From a virus: a DNA stretch of 64,000 nucleotides. The translations under genes and the position numbers were made by a program. Location: the IMG/VR virus record IMGVR_UViG_3300024346_006511, positions 32,001 through 96,000 of that record, one strand, 5' to 3'. The stretch's first letter is position 1, and the number at the start of each line of letters is the position of its first letter. Under the pieces are notes generated by a model. That model made no database searches and was not told the DNA's origin. It was given only the letters and a program-made list of their open reading frames with translations. Below, one piece after another: positions 9,443-18,460 of this stretch.

Positions 9443-10966
9443 TTAGAATTGGAATCGTGATCCAACAGTTATAGCATAAGATAGCGGAATACCTGGTCTA
9501 GTGTTACCAATTACTGTTCCTCCTATGTTTGCATTAAATCTCTGAGATAGTTTGAAGTCAAAATTACTACCTATAATATATGTACCGTATTCGGTCCAAG
9601 TTACTGATTTAGCTTTAACAGAATAAGTCATTGGAGAATGAGAATAAGCTAACATAGGTGAGATTACTACTCTATTCTTTACATTGAATGGCTTAGTAGC
9701 AAATCCAGTAAGAGACATAGTAGCTATTTTTTCTCCTCCATCTAAAAATACTCCCATGCTAGTAAGAGCAAATCCTCCTACGAATCCTTTCCAACGGTTT
9801 TCTTTTTGTCCTAAATAGACATTACTTATACCTGCTGTAACGACATGAGTAGAGTACATTTTCATATATCCAGCTGAAATCGATTGGACCATCATTATAG
9901 ATCCTTTATCCATGTAGCTTCCTAGTTTGTCTTGACCTCCTGTAAAAGGATTATTTATCATAACATCTACTTCTTTATCATAATTGAAGTATACGGTGCT
10001 CTGTGATAAGTTTAAACTAAATTGTTTAAGGTTAGACCATACCATTGCGTTAGCTGAGTATGTTTCTACTCCAGTTAAAGAAGATTGTGAGTATCCAAAT
10101 GAAGCTGCTTGTTGTAGCACACCATCCATCATTTGCATAGTAACTAAATTAGCAGTAACGATTGGCGGAGCTAGAGTCTGTTCTTCTTCCTTCTCTTCTT
10201 CTTCCTCTTTTTCTTTTTTCTTTTCTTCTTCTACTTCTTCTTCTTCTTTATCTTTCTCTTCAGATTTTTCATCAGACTTTTCATCCTTGCTTTCTTCATT
10301 TTTTGAATCGTCTTTATTTTCTTCGCTTTCACCACCCGTATCACTTCCTTCTTCTCCTGACGAATCACCATCGCTGCTATCTCCATTCCCAGAAGAGCTA
10401 TCCGAATCTGATGAACCACTGTCATCACCCGAGCTACTAGACCCACCTGAATCGTCACTCCCTCCTGAGCCGCTATTGCCTGAAGAGTCTCCTCCTCCAG
10501 AGTTATTTCCGCTGGAATTGCTTCCACTACTTCCTGAATTGCTTGATCCAGAAGAACTTCCTGTTCCTCCAGTTGATCCTGTATTTCCTGTGCTTCCATT
10601 TCCTGTGTTAGTATTATTAGTTGCTCCAGATGTGGCATTGTTAGCTGCATTTGTAGCATTACTGGTTGCCTGATTTGTTGTTTGTTGAGTTGTTTGAGAA
10701 TTAGCATTTCCAGAGGAACATGGTGACAATGCTTGATACCATGAATATGTTTCTTCTAGCCATGCTTGTAAAGTACCGTTAGTAAATTCAGTAGAAGTAA
10801 ATACTCTAGATTTATTATAATAAGCTACTACTGTTTGTCCTCCTATTTGAACAGAAAACACTTTTACCTCTCCGGTACATCTATCAGTATAGGTTTGAAC
10901 GAGGGCCTGACTATGACCCTCGAACATTCCCATCGCAGCAATTACTATGAATAGTAACCTTCTCAT
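9443..10966 (-). CDS. secreted protein with low-complexity Ser/Gly/Asp/Glu linker and C-terminal outer-membrane beta-barrel-like domain
   Basis: Signal peptide ending HS|Q; C-terminal alternating strands ending AITVGSRFQF. Confidence 0.7.
   Translation of the reverse strand: MRRLLFIVIAAMGMFEGHSQALVQTYTDRCTGEVKVFSVQIGGQTVVAYYNKSRVFTSTEFTNGTLQAWLEETYSWYQALSPCSSGNANSQTTQQTTNQATSNATNAANNATSGATNNTNTGNGSTGNTGSTGGTGSSSGSSNSGSSGSNSSGNNSGGGDSSGNSGSGGSDDSGGSSSSGDDSGSSDSDSSSGNGDSSDGDSSGEEGSDTGGESEENKDDSKNEESKDEKSDEKSEEKDKEEEEVEEEKKKEKEEEEEKEEEQTLAPPIVTANLVTMQMMDGVLQQAASFGYSQSSLTGVETYSANAMVWSNLKQFSLNLSQSTVYFNYDKEVDVMINNPFTGGQDKLGSYMDKGSIMMVQSISAGYMKMYSTHVVTAGISNVYLGQKENRWKGFVGGFALTSMGVFLDGGEKIATMSLTGFATKPFNVKNRVVISPMLAYSHSPMTYSVKAKSVTWTEYGTYIIGSNFDFKLSQRFNANIGGTVIGNTRPGIPLSYAITVGSRFQF
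10180..10690 (-). repeat. low-complexity coding tract (T/N/Q, then S/G/D, then E/K)
   Basis: Visible in the translation of 9443..10966. Confidence 0.85.
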
Positions 10967-10971
10967 AACCC

Positions 10972-11688
10972 TTAGTGATCAAATATTTTCTTGCGTATCA
11001 TACGCTTCACTATTTTAGCAACTGCGGTCTCTAATGCTTTTCGAGTACTAATTCCAATTGATGAGGAATTAAACTGAACTTCATCTAAGTTTTGATCATT
11101 AAGGAGAGTTACCTCTCTAGTAGTTGTTGCGATTCCTAATCCGGAGCCTGTCATATATAGTCCGGTTTGTGCATCGACCATTTTGACTTGAAGTCCAAGT
11201 CTGGTCACAAGAGTATTTTTTACTCCATCTTTGAGATTAATAGTTTCATCTTCAGATATAGAAAAATCATATACCTCTACATAAGCAAAATATGCTGCAA
11301 GAGTTATCTTTCCTCTAATCTCAATCTCATTAGCAGTAAACCCTTTCTGGGAAGCTTTGAATTGTACTATCATTCTTTCTTTGATAGCATCTTTAGTTTC
11401 AACAAATTCAAATCTGAATGTTTCATCTAAGAAAGCAACAGTTATATTTGTTAAACCTAGTCCAACTCTATAGTCTCCTAGTTCAGGATACTGTATTAAT
11501 ATGTCATCTGTAATACCTACGTTGAGTAGAGCTACTGGTACTGGATCACCAAAGTATTCTGGTATCGAAAATAACGAGGCTTGTCTTTCGAATTCCGCCT
11601 GATAATCCTCAGTAGTTGTCTTTCCTACGACTTGTCCATTTATAAATCCTGTACTTAGTAATAGTACAAGAAATATCTTTTTAACCAA
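10972..11688 (-). CDS. CsgG/FlgT-like secreted protein
   Basis: Signal peptide ending NG|Q; RFEFVE, YDFSISE, LQVKMVDAQTG, SGLGIA, ALETAV follow the CsgG-fold pattern. Confidence 0.7.
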   Translation of the reverse strand: MVKKIFLVLLLSTGFINGQVVGKTTTEDYQAEFERQASLFSIPEYFGDPVPVALLNVGITDDILIQYPELGDYRVGLGLTNITVAFLDETFRFEFVETKDAIKERMIVQFKASQKGFTANEIEIRGKITLAAYFAYVEVYDFSISEDETINLKDGVKNTLVTRLGLQVKMVDAQTGLYMTGSGLGIATTTREVTLLNDQNLDEVQFNSSSIGISTRKALETAVAKIVKRMIRKKIFDH

Positions 11689-11905
11689 GTGTATCGAAGA
11701 CCCCGAACGTAGCGTTTTCGAATGAACTAGGATTGGTTATTAAGTTAAATACCAAAAAAGTCCATCCTACAACGAATAGTAGAAATAAGCTACTTACCCA
11801 TAGTAGCAAAAAAGTTTGCCAAATTTTCCATAATAAAGTTGGCTGCTCAAAGATTTCTTCATATATTGTAATGAAGGGATGTGCGAAAAAGTTAATTACA
11901 TTCAT
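11681..11905 (-). CDS. small membrane protein
   Basis: Long hydrophobic stretch; in operon. Confidence 0.65.
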   Translation of the reverse strand: MNVINFFAHPFITIYEEIFEQPTLLWKIWQTFLLLWVSSLFLLFVVGWTFLVFNLITNPSSFENATFGVFDTLG

Positions 11906-11924
11906 AGTTTTTAATTTTTAAAGG

Positions 11925-12185
11925 TTACCACTCGTACTTTTCTTGTTTTACGGGAGCCTGAGGTTTTGCGACAATCTCAGGTTCCTTTTTTTGTATAACT
12001 ACGATAGTATCTTTGCTGCTTAATTTTATTGGTTCAGATACTACCTCTTGTTTTACATCGTCGTCTCCTCCGATGAATTTTTCCATATTAGCAATAAAAA
12101 GTCCACCTGCAGTAGTAATAGCTAAGGTTACGACCCCTATTATTGCTTTTTTTATTTCTCCAAATGTGCTGCTTTTATCTGCCAT
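11925..12185 (-). CDS. single-TM membrane protein
   Basis: TM segment AIIGVVTLAITTAGGLFIA. Confidence 0.7.
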   Translation of the reverse strand: MADKSSTFGEIKKAIIGVVTLAITTAGGLFIANMEKFIGGDDDVKQEVVSEPIKLSSKDTIVVIQKKEPEIVAKPQAPVKQEKYEW

Positions 12186-12187
12186 AG

Positions 12188-12562
12188 TTAGTTTATCATT
12201 GAAAAGGATTCTATTCCTAATACATTATTATATTCATCTGTAATATGAACTTGATATGAACTTGTTTCAAGTGCTGTAGTATAGATGTTAAGTAAGTTAT
12301 CACCAGCTTCAGCAGTAATCTTATCTTGAGATACTACTCTTCCTGCTATATTGATAATCTTTATTTTATAGGTTCCGTCTACATCAAACTTAGCATTGAT
12401 TGCAACTTTGTTAGTTACAATAGCGCTTTCTAGTTTTAGTCCAATTGGATCTAATATTTGTAATGCTTCCGGAATTTCAGCAAATGGTGCTTCAAATTCT
12501 AATTCGTCTTTAGCACATCCTAATAGGACAAGTAATGCTAGTAATGTTGTTATTTTTTTCAT
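12188..12562 (-). CDS. lipoprotein with T9SS C-terminal-domain-like Ig fold
   Basis: Lipobox LLGC; YKIKIINIAGRVV...GDNLLNIYTTALETSSYQVHI resembles the Por/T9SS CTD. Confidence 0.65.
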   Translation of the reverse strand: MKKITTLLALLVLLGCAKDELEFEAPFAEIPEALQILDPIGLKLESAIVTNKVAINAKFDVDGTYKIKIINIAGRVVSQDKITAEAGDNLLNIYTTALETSSYQVHITDEYNNVLGIESFSMIN

Positions 12563-12567
12563 ATTAT

Positions 12568-14253
12568 TTAGTATTGGAATTTAACTTTAGTTCCGTCTGC
12601 TTTAACTCCTTCTATGATTTTAAAGCTTATCAGTCCTGCTGTGTTTGTTATATTTTCGTTTGGTGTAAAGACTAACCTATAAGGTCTTCCTGTATTTACA
12701 GATATACCACCTGCATAATCTAATGAACCAAATGATACTACGTTACCTTTTACTGTACCGAAATTAGTCATATTAGATCCTGTATCAAATACTATATCAT
12801 CTAATGTTAGAATATTATTGTCGAATACAATTTTAAACTGAGATCCTACTAATCCAGCAGTATCTAAATTTACATCTACAATTACTTTACCGTCTACTAA
12901 AGATGAAGATAAATCGATAGTTTCTGTTTCTACTGATCTATTAGCAATAATAGAATAAGCTTGTGCATTTCTAGCTGAAGATGATTGAGCGTCAGATGAG
13001 TTAAAAGTAGGAACTGTTGAGTGAGAGAAATCTAAATCTCCTCGTAATCCATGTCCTATAGTAAATGTCTTATTATTATCTGTAGCAGTAAAAGTACGAG
13101 CACTCATAAATTCAGATATATCTCCGTACTTATCCATCAGTGATGAAAAGTTAAATGCTCCATTAGCTTTAGAACTAACATTAGCACTAGTTTCTACTCC
13201 ATTTACATGAGCAAGTAATTCATAAGAATCATCAAAGTTTACTACATTATCGTTAGTTACTTCTCCTAATATACCTTGTACTTCATGCTCCCAGTTAGCA
13301 GCTCCTCCTCCAGGTCCGTCAGTAGAACCTAATGAGAATTGAAATGCTTTATAAACATCTGTTACTGTCACTACATCATCTAACCAATCTGGTGTTCCGT
13401 TTACATAAGTATGTACCCATACTTCCTCGTCTAATGTTAATGTAGCAAGAGAAGTAGTTCCATTGGCATTGAAGTTACCTACAGCAAAAGGCTGCTCTCC
13501 TTCTTTAGGCTCTAATCCATCGTTAGTTCCATCACCATCATAATCTGCTTCCTCTACTTGACTTGCAAGATATATATTGTATGTGTAATCTGCCTTATAC
13601 TCTGTAGGTATATTTAGATTTAAAGTAATATCTCCTGCTCCAACTCCTCCAGGATCTAATCCTATTTGAGCGTTACTAGATTGTACTTCGTATGTTGTAT
13701 CTGTTCTATTATCTTTAAATTGAGTCCAGTTAATCTGAAAAGCTCCGCTATAATTCTGATAGTTAGTTCCTTGTCTATCTAGTATTTTAAACTTCATATG
13801 TAATACAGCATCATATAAATTGATATCTTCTGATGCTTGAATAGTATATCTATCAACTGAGAAGTCAGTATTTGAAGGGTACGAAGATGAACCAGCAGCT
13901 TCTGCTCCTCCGTTCCACCAAAGGAACTGCTCATATAGTTTAGATTGACTGTAGTCCATATCCTGGTTAAATTTATATCCATCCCAGTGAATTCTTGCTG
14001 ATTGTTCGTTTGTTAGCTTATTTAAAGGGTCTAATGTATGGCTAACATATTCAATTAGCTTATTGTTCCATTGAACATCAAACTGTAAAAATGTACCAGT
14101 TACTGATTGATCAGCAGCAGGAAATATTTCAAATTTAAGTTCAATTTCTTCACCGACATTTGCGTCAGCTCCGGAGTTCATACCAACTTTAAAGTCCTGT
14201 GCAAAGGAAATCATTGGTATTGTTAATAATAAAAATAATAGTTTTTTCATCAT
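12568..14253 (-). CDS. secreted protein with cohesin-like and dockerin-like domains
   Basis: Signal peptide ending FA|Q; cohesin-like LQFDVQWNNKLIEY and SQFKIVFDNNILTL; paired Ca-loop-like DDVVTVTD and EVTNDNVVNFDD. Confidence 0.6.
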   Translation of the reverse strand: MMKKLLFLLLTIPMISFAQDFKVGMNSGADANVGEEIELKFEIFPAADQSVTGTFLQFDVQWNNKLIEYVSHTLDPLNKLTNEQSARIHWDGYKFNQDMDYSQSKLYEQFLWWNGGAEAAGSSSYPSNTDFSVDRYTIQASEDINLYDAVLHMKFKILDRQGTNYQNYSGAFQINWTQFKDNRTDTTYEVQSSNAQIGLDPGGVGAGDITLNLNIPTEYKADYTYNIYLASQVEEADYDGDGTNDGLEPKEGEQPFAVGNFNANGTTSLATLTLDEEVWVHTYVNGTPDWLDDVVTVTDVYKAFQFSLGSTDGPGGGAANWEHEVQGILGEVTNDNVVNFDDSYELLAHVNGVETSANVSSKANGAFNFSSLMDKYGDISEFMSARTFTATDNNKTFTIGHGLRGDLDFSHSTVPTFNSSDAQSSSARNAQAYSIIANRSVETETIDLSSSLVDGKVIVDVNLDTAGLVGSQFKIVFDNNILTLDDIVFDTGSNMTNFGTVKGNVVSFGSLDYAGGISVNTGRPYRLVFTPNENITNTAGLISFKIIEGVKADGTKVKFQY

Positions 14254-14720
14254 AATTTTAGTTTACGTATTAAATCTTCACAGAGTTTTTTTATTGCTGT
14301 CGAGACGTTAGCCTGTGAAAACTTACCTCCCTTATCAATTATTAATGTAGCTGTAGAAATAGATTTCGCTGTTCCTTTAGCCACTGCTTTTTTCTTCTTT
14401 TTACCGTCTATATAATATACGCCTCTGGCGATTATCTGATAGACATCGATATTTTTTCCGTAGGCTCCTAATTGTAAGCTGCTCTGCTGAACATCAAAGT
14501 ATAGTAGCTCTACTTCCAGTAAATTATTTGAGTTTGGGTTTAGGTCATACCCGTAGTCTTGGATGACTTCTTCTAGTACATTCTTGACACCAAATGCCAA
14601 GTCTCTGTTACCAGATAGGTTACCTAATTGGATATTATTACGTACATCACCTATTTTTATCTCTTGTCCAAAGATGGAGAAACTGAATAGGAGACCTAAT
14701 AAAAATAATAGTAGTCTCAT
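14250..14720 (-). CDS. secreted CsgG/LptE-like alpha-beta protein
   Basis: Signal peptide MRLLLFLLG...FG|Q; FGVKNVLEE; terminal helix STAIKKLCEDLI parallels the 10972 protein. Confidence 0.6.
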   Translation of the reverse strand: MRLLLFLLGLLFSFSIFGQEIKIGDVRNNIQLGNLSGNRDLAFGVKNVLEEVIQDYGYDLNPNSNNLLEVELLYFDVQQSSLQLGAYGKNIDVYQIIARGVYYIDGKKKKKAVAKGTAKSISTATLIIDKGGKFSQANVSTAIKKLCEDLIRKLKL

Positions 14721-14906
14721 ATAATTACTGCTTTGCGACTGCAACAATTATAAAACGATTAACGCTAGAAAATTTGTGTAGAACGGTTACTATAACGATG
14801 AAATGGATACGTCGACTTATTAGTCACCTTAATCGAGTATTCTGCACTTCTAATAATAAATATACAACTTTGACTAAAAGCTATATAAAAGTGGTGAGAA
14901 AAGAAC

Positions 14907-14935
14907 AAAAAAAAAGGACCCTTATTTGGGCCCTT
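14907..14935 (-). terminator. intrinsic terminator
   Basis: AGGGCCC-AAATAA-GGGTCCT followed by a T run. Confidence 0.75.
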
Positions 14936-14973
14936 CTGTATCATAGATCTCTTCTTGTAATCCTGAGTATTGT

Positions 14974-15195
14974 CTACTCCAAACGTTTTTCTTCTTTAGG
15001 TTTAAAGGCTTCGTTGACGTGTCCACACTTTGTGCAGGCGAAGACGGGTATCGGGATATATGAGGCTTCTCGCTGTCCAGTGAGTAATCCGGGGACTTTT
15101 CTGATAACGAGGTTCTGGACGAAGTGAGGGTTCCCACACTCATCACAAGTGACTGGAGTAGTTTGATTAAAGTCGACATTCGGTTGATGCTGCAT
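14974..15195 (-). CDS. zinc-ribbon protein
   Basis: CDECG...CTKCGH. Confidence 0.8.
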   Translation of the reverse strand: MQHQPNVDFNQTTPVTCDECGNPHFVQNLVIRKVPGLLTGQREASYIPIPVFACTKCGHVNEAFKPKEEKRLE

Positions 15196-15198
15196 AGC

Positions 15199-15480
15199 TT
15201 ATTTTTTAGCTTTAGGCTTTCTACCTCTACGAGGCTTACCTTTGATAGCTCCTTTAACATCCTTAACTTGTTCCACTACATCTGCAGCCGCTTCTTTAAC
15301 GTCTTTAAGCTCTTCCTTAACTCTCTTAGCTCTACGTTTTACGACTTTTACAGTATCCTCTACTTTGTCAGGAATACCGTCTTTGTCTTCATCTTTGGTG
15401 AGTCCGAAATATTTCGTTCCTACCCATACTACTGCTCCAGCAACTGCTAAAACTAGTACGATAATTAAAATTGTTTTCAT
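15199..15480 (-). CDS. membrane-anchored small basic protein
   Basis: N-terminal TM, DEDKDGIPD loop, Lys/Arg-rich tail. Confidence 0.75.
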   Translation of the reverse strand: MKTILIIVLVLAVAGAVVWVGTKYFGLTKDEDKDGIPDKVEDTVKVVKRRAKRVKEELKDVKEAAADVVEQVKDVKGAIKGKPRRGRKPKAKK

Positions 15481-15521
15481 TTGTTTTTAGATTTGATTAA
15501 CACTCTGTTTATATAAATATA

Positions 15522-16037
15522 CTAGGATTTCTTCTTCGGGTACTTAAGAGGTTTCCAATACGTACCGTACTTTGCTTCCATCTTATCATAGAAACTAAGA
15601 AGGTTAACAGCCCTAGTGTTTACTACTTCTTTTTCGTATTGCTCTTTAGTCATTTTTAGCTTGAGTATGAAAGCTTTTTTGAGTTCTGTTAAACGTCTAG
15701 CCTCTTCTTTCTCATAGTCTTCTAATAGTCTTTTACGTCTAGCTTTATCTACTTGAGTCTTTTCTCTGTAAGTATCTTCATATCCTCTACACTCTACAAA
15801 TACTTCGTTCATTCTATGCTCTACTAACTGTGCTTCAAATGCATAAGGAGCAACATCGAAGTCCCCATTGAGAATACGTTCTCTTAGGTCATGACGATTA
15901 GTTAAAGGTTTCTGTTTAGGTGTATAGCTTCTCCACCACATGAATCTATCATAAGGTTTCTTGTAGTAGTCTTTCTTAAAGAAGTTAATTAACCACTTTT
16001 GCTCGAGGCTTGGATTGTAGGGTAATGATGTAACCAT
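15522..16037 (-). CDS. hypothetical protein
   Basis: ORF directly after a promoter motif. Confidence 0.75.
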   Translation of the reverse strand: MVTSLPYNPSLEQKWLINFFKKDYYKKPYDRFMWWRSYTPKQKPLTNRHDLRERILNGDFDVAPYAFEAQLVEHRMNEVFVECRGYEDTYREKTQVDKARRKRLLEDYEKEEARRLTELKKAFILKLKMTKEQYEKEVVNTRAVNLLSFYDKMEAKYGTYWKPLKYPKKKS

Positions 16038-16042
16038 ATCTT

Positions 16043-16072
16043 AATATAAGAAAATAATCTTATATACGCAAC
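16043..16072 (-). promoter_or_regulatory. early/middle promoter motif
   Basis: GTTG-N18-CTTATATT. Confidence 0.7.
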
Positions 16073-16088
16073 TAATTAGTAATATATT

Positions 16089-16256
16089 TTAAGAATGTTT
16101 TGCAACAATCAACTCTAGTATCTTAGATGATATTGCATTCATTTCTTGAGTTTGTTCAAAAGTGACAACAGAGTGTCCAGTTTCCTGAGCACCTGTTGAT
16201 TCAGTTTGTGTTTGTTTACTTCTATAAATTAATGAAGCATCTAATGGCTTATTCAT
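16089..16256 (-). CDS. small hypothetical protein (55 aa; not in ORF track)
   Basis: MNKPLDASLIYRSKQTQ...LIVAKHS; fills the gap after the 16266 gene. Confidence 0.6.
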   Translation of the reverse strand: MNKPLDASLIYRSKQTQTESTGAQETGHSVVTFEQTQEMNAISSKILELIVAKHS

Positions 16257-16265
16257 AATCTTCTA

Positions 16266-17675
16266 TTATTTAGGTGGTTCAAGTTTTTGTGGTGGGTTGT
16301 GAAATGAAATTACTACTTCATTATTAGCATCTTCCGTATCAACAACAAGGTTATCATTTGTTTCAATATCCACTGTAAAGAAACTTCCTGTTGGTGAATG
16401 TAAAATTATATGTCTTGAATCTAGTATTGGTACTAATTCATTATCAGTATTGAATACGTAATCTAGATCTTTGTTGATTTGATGTGGCTGCCTGTAAGCC
16501 CATGTATTAGACCCTGAGTTATAAGTAATAACAGCAGAATCTACGCCCAAGTAAACTGGTGTGGTAGACCCTGAAGGGTGAATCATAAATACATCGTTAT
16601 GTAAATTGTTATGTACTGCTGCATTTGATACGGCAATAGAAGAAGTTACTCCAGAATTAGCAGGTAATGCCTTTCCTACATGTCTCCATGCTGAATAGTC
16701 AGCTATGTTTTCTGTATCTGGTGCTCCTTCTATATGGAAACCTTTCATTGCTTGTCCAGTGTTTATTTCACTAGCCTGTAAAGCTCCGTTATCTGCGGCT
16801 AAAAGTCTTTCTGTTACAAATACACCATTGTAGGTCATCTTACTCTTTATAGTACTAGTTGAATACTCATAGTAGTGTTTGTTATCTAGTACTTTATTCA
16901 TTCCATCATCAGCAAGATCAAGAACCTCTGGAATAGAGAATTGACTATATTGCTGGAAAGAACCTACGTTACACATATTTAGTCCACCACCATAAGCAAT
17001 TGCATATTGTCTAAATGAACTAACAGCTTGTTGTGTATCTTCACTTGAAGAGTGAATCAGGTAATTAGTAAGGTAGTAATCTCCTTTTAATTCACCTTTT
17101 ACTGTACTCCAGTCTCTTACTTTAACAAACTTTAATGCATCCCAAGTATCTCTTTTAGTTTTAGCTGCAAGGTCGGGGATGTTAGAGCTGTTTGAACTAG
17201 ATGTTAAATTGTCTATTTCTCCTTCACTACCACTGTAGTAAAAAGGAACTGCTAAGCTAGAGGAATTATACTCGTTTAATAATCTTAACGGTGAGTGTCC
17301 AGTAGCACAGTATGTATTGTCTAATATAGCGTTATCATCATAAGCTAACCTTAGTATAAATTTATCTGCTTCGTCTGTTACTGCTGCAGGAAATATACTG
17401 TGGTAATCTTCTTTATGATGAGTGAAATCTGTAATAAAAGATTCTCCTTGTGCAGATGCAGATAATGCATTTACAATCTCTTGGTGAATCTGTGGTTTAT
17501 AGATAACGTCAAGTTTAGTTGCGTTTACTTCTTGCATAACTGTGAACAGTGAAGACCATTCCAGGGCAGTGTTTACCTCTGAGGCAGGGATCGTAGTGTC
17601 GGTGTTCATTTCAACAAACTTTAAATCTCCTTCTGGGGACTTAACGTAATCGAATGATAGTAGTGTTCCTTTCAT
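16266..17675 (-). CDS. hypothetical protein with degenerate C-terminal Hint-like domain
   Basis: GVFVTERLLAADNGALQASEINTG resembles Hint block A; FTVDIETNDNLVV...ISFHN resembles blocks F/G. Confidence 0.6.
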   Translation of the reverse strand: MKGTLLSFDYVKSPEGDLKFVEMNTDTTIPASEVNTALEWSSLFTVMQEVNATKLDVIYKPQIHQEIVNALSASAQGESFITDFTHHKEDYHSIFPAAVTDEADKFILRLAYDDNAILDNTYCATGHSPLRLLNEYNSSSLAVPFYYSGSEGEIDNLTSSSNSSNIPDLAAKTKRDTWDALKFVKVRDWSTVKGELKGDYYLTNYLIHSSSEDTQQAVSSFRQYAIAYGGGLNMCNVGSFQQYSQFSIPEVLDLADDGMNKVLDNKHYYEYSTSTIKSKMTYNGVFVTERLLAADNGALQASEINTGQAMKGFHIEGAPDTENIADYSAWRHVGKALPANSGVTSSIAVSNAAVHNNLHNDVFMIHPSGSTTPVYLGVDSAVITYNSGSNTWAYRQPHQINKDLDYVFNTDNELVPILDSRHIILHSPTGSFFTVDIETNDNLVVDTEDANNEVVISFHNPPQKLEPPK

Positions 17676-17728
17676 AATGTTAGATAATTATTCTCTTATG
17701 TTTATAAATATCGGTGATTTAGCATTTA

Positions 17729-18460
17729 CTAGATTAAGGTCCTATTTCCTTTTCTAGAAAGCCATCCTTTATTTGAATAGTGTTTTATTAATTTATTTCT
17801 GATGTTCTTATGTTGTGATTGTCTCCATTGGGCTTGATCGTCAGCGCCTCTTTCTCCTAGAGTAAGATCTTGCCATGTCTGTGGGTCTTCCTTATCCTTG
17901 TCTATAATATAAATAGGTATATTGTTCTTGAATAAACAGTAAGAAAAATGTAAATCTTCTCCTGAGCCTTCTTCTTTTAATTTATCGTAGAGAAAATGTT
18001 GTAAAAGTTCAGTTTTCATAAACCATCCTTGACCGCCCATATCTACTTTTGTTGGTTCTGTTAGAAAATGTTTTGGACCAATTCTCTCTTTTACATCATA
18101 CAGAGTAGAGTTTGATTTAAAATTAACTCCGTATGTAGCTACTACAACTTTATCATTGTGCTCCTTACTAAAGTTAATACATCTCTCTATGTACTTCTCA
18201 CCAGGTAGTATATCATCATCTACTATAAAAGTATATGGTGTCTTTATATGTAAGGAATTATAGAATCTACCGTAGAGAGAATTAAAATGTTCTGAGTCAT
18301 TTTGATAAATTATTGCTGGGTAATTTAAATTGTATCTCCAATTAGATCTCCATATAATCATAATGTCAGAATCTACGGTTTGGTTTTCAATAGATTCTAT
18401 CTGTGAAGGTAGGTAGTCTAGTCTATTTACAACTGATAATACTGTTGTTACTTCTTTCAT
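17729..18460 (-). CDS. GT-A (GT2-like) glycosyltransferase
   Basis: YTFIVDDDILPG, GEDLHFS. Confidence 0.8.
   Translation of the reverse strand: MKEVTTVLSVVNRLDYLPSQIESIENQTVDSDIMIIWRSNWRYNLNYPAIIYQNDSEHFNSLYGRFYNSLHIKTPYTFIVDDDILPGEKYIERCINFSKEHNDKVVVATYGVNFKSNSTLYDVKERIGPKHFLTEPTKVDMGGQGWFMKTELLQHFLYDKLKEEGSGEDLHFSYCLFKNNIPIYIIDKDKEDPQTWQDLTLGERGADDQAQWRQSQHKNIRNKLIKHYSNKGWLSRKGNRTLI

Noticed and set aside
14728-14745. GTCGCAAAGC resembling part of the c-di-GMP-I riboswitch
   Set aside because: No GNRA-capped P2 or receptor-containing P3 in the right arrangement; the ATG follows almost immediately.
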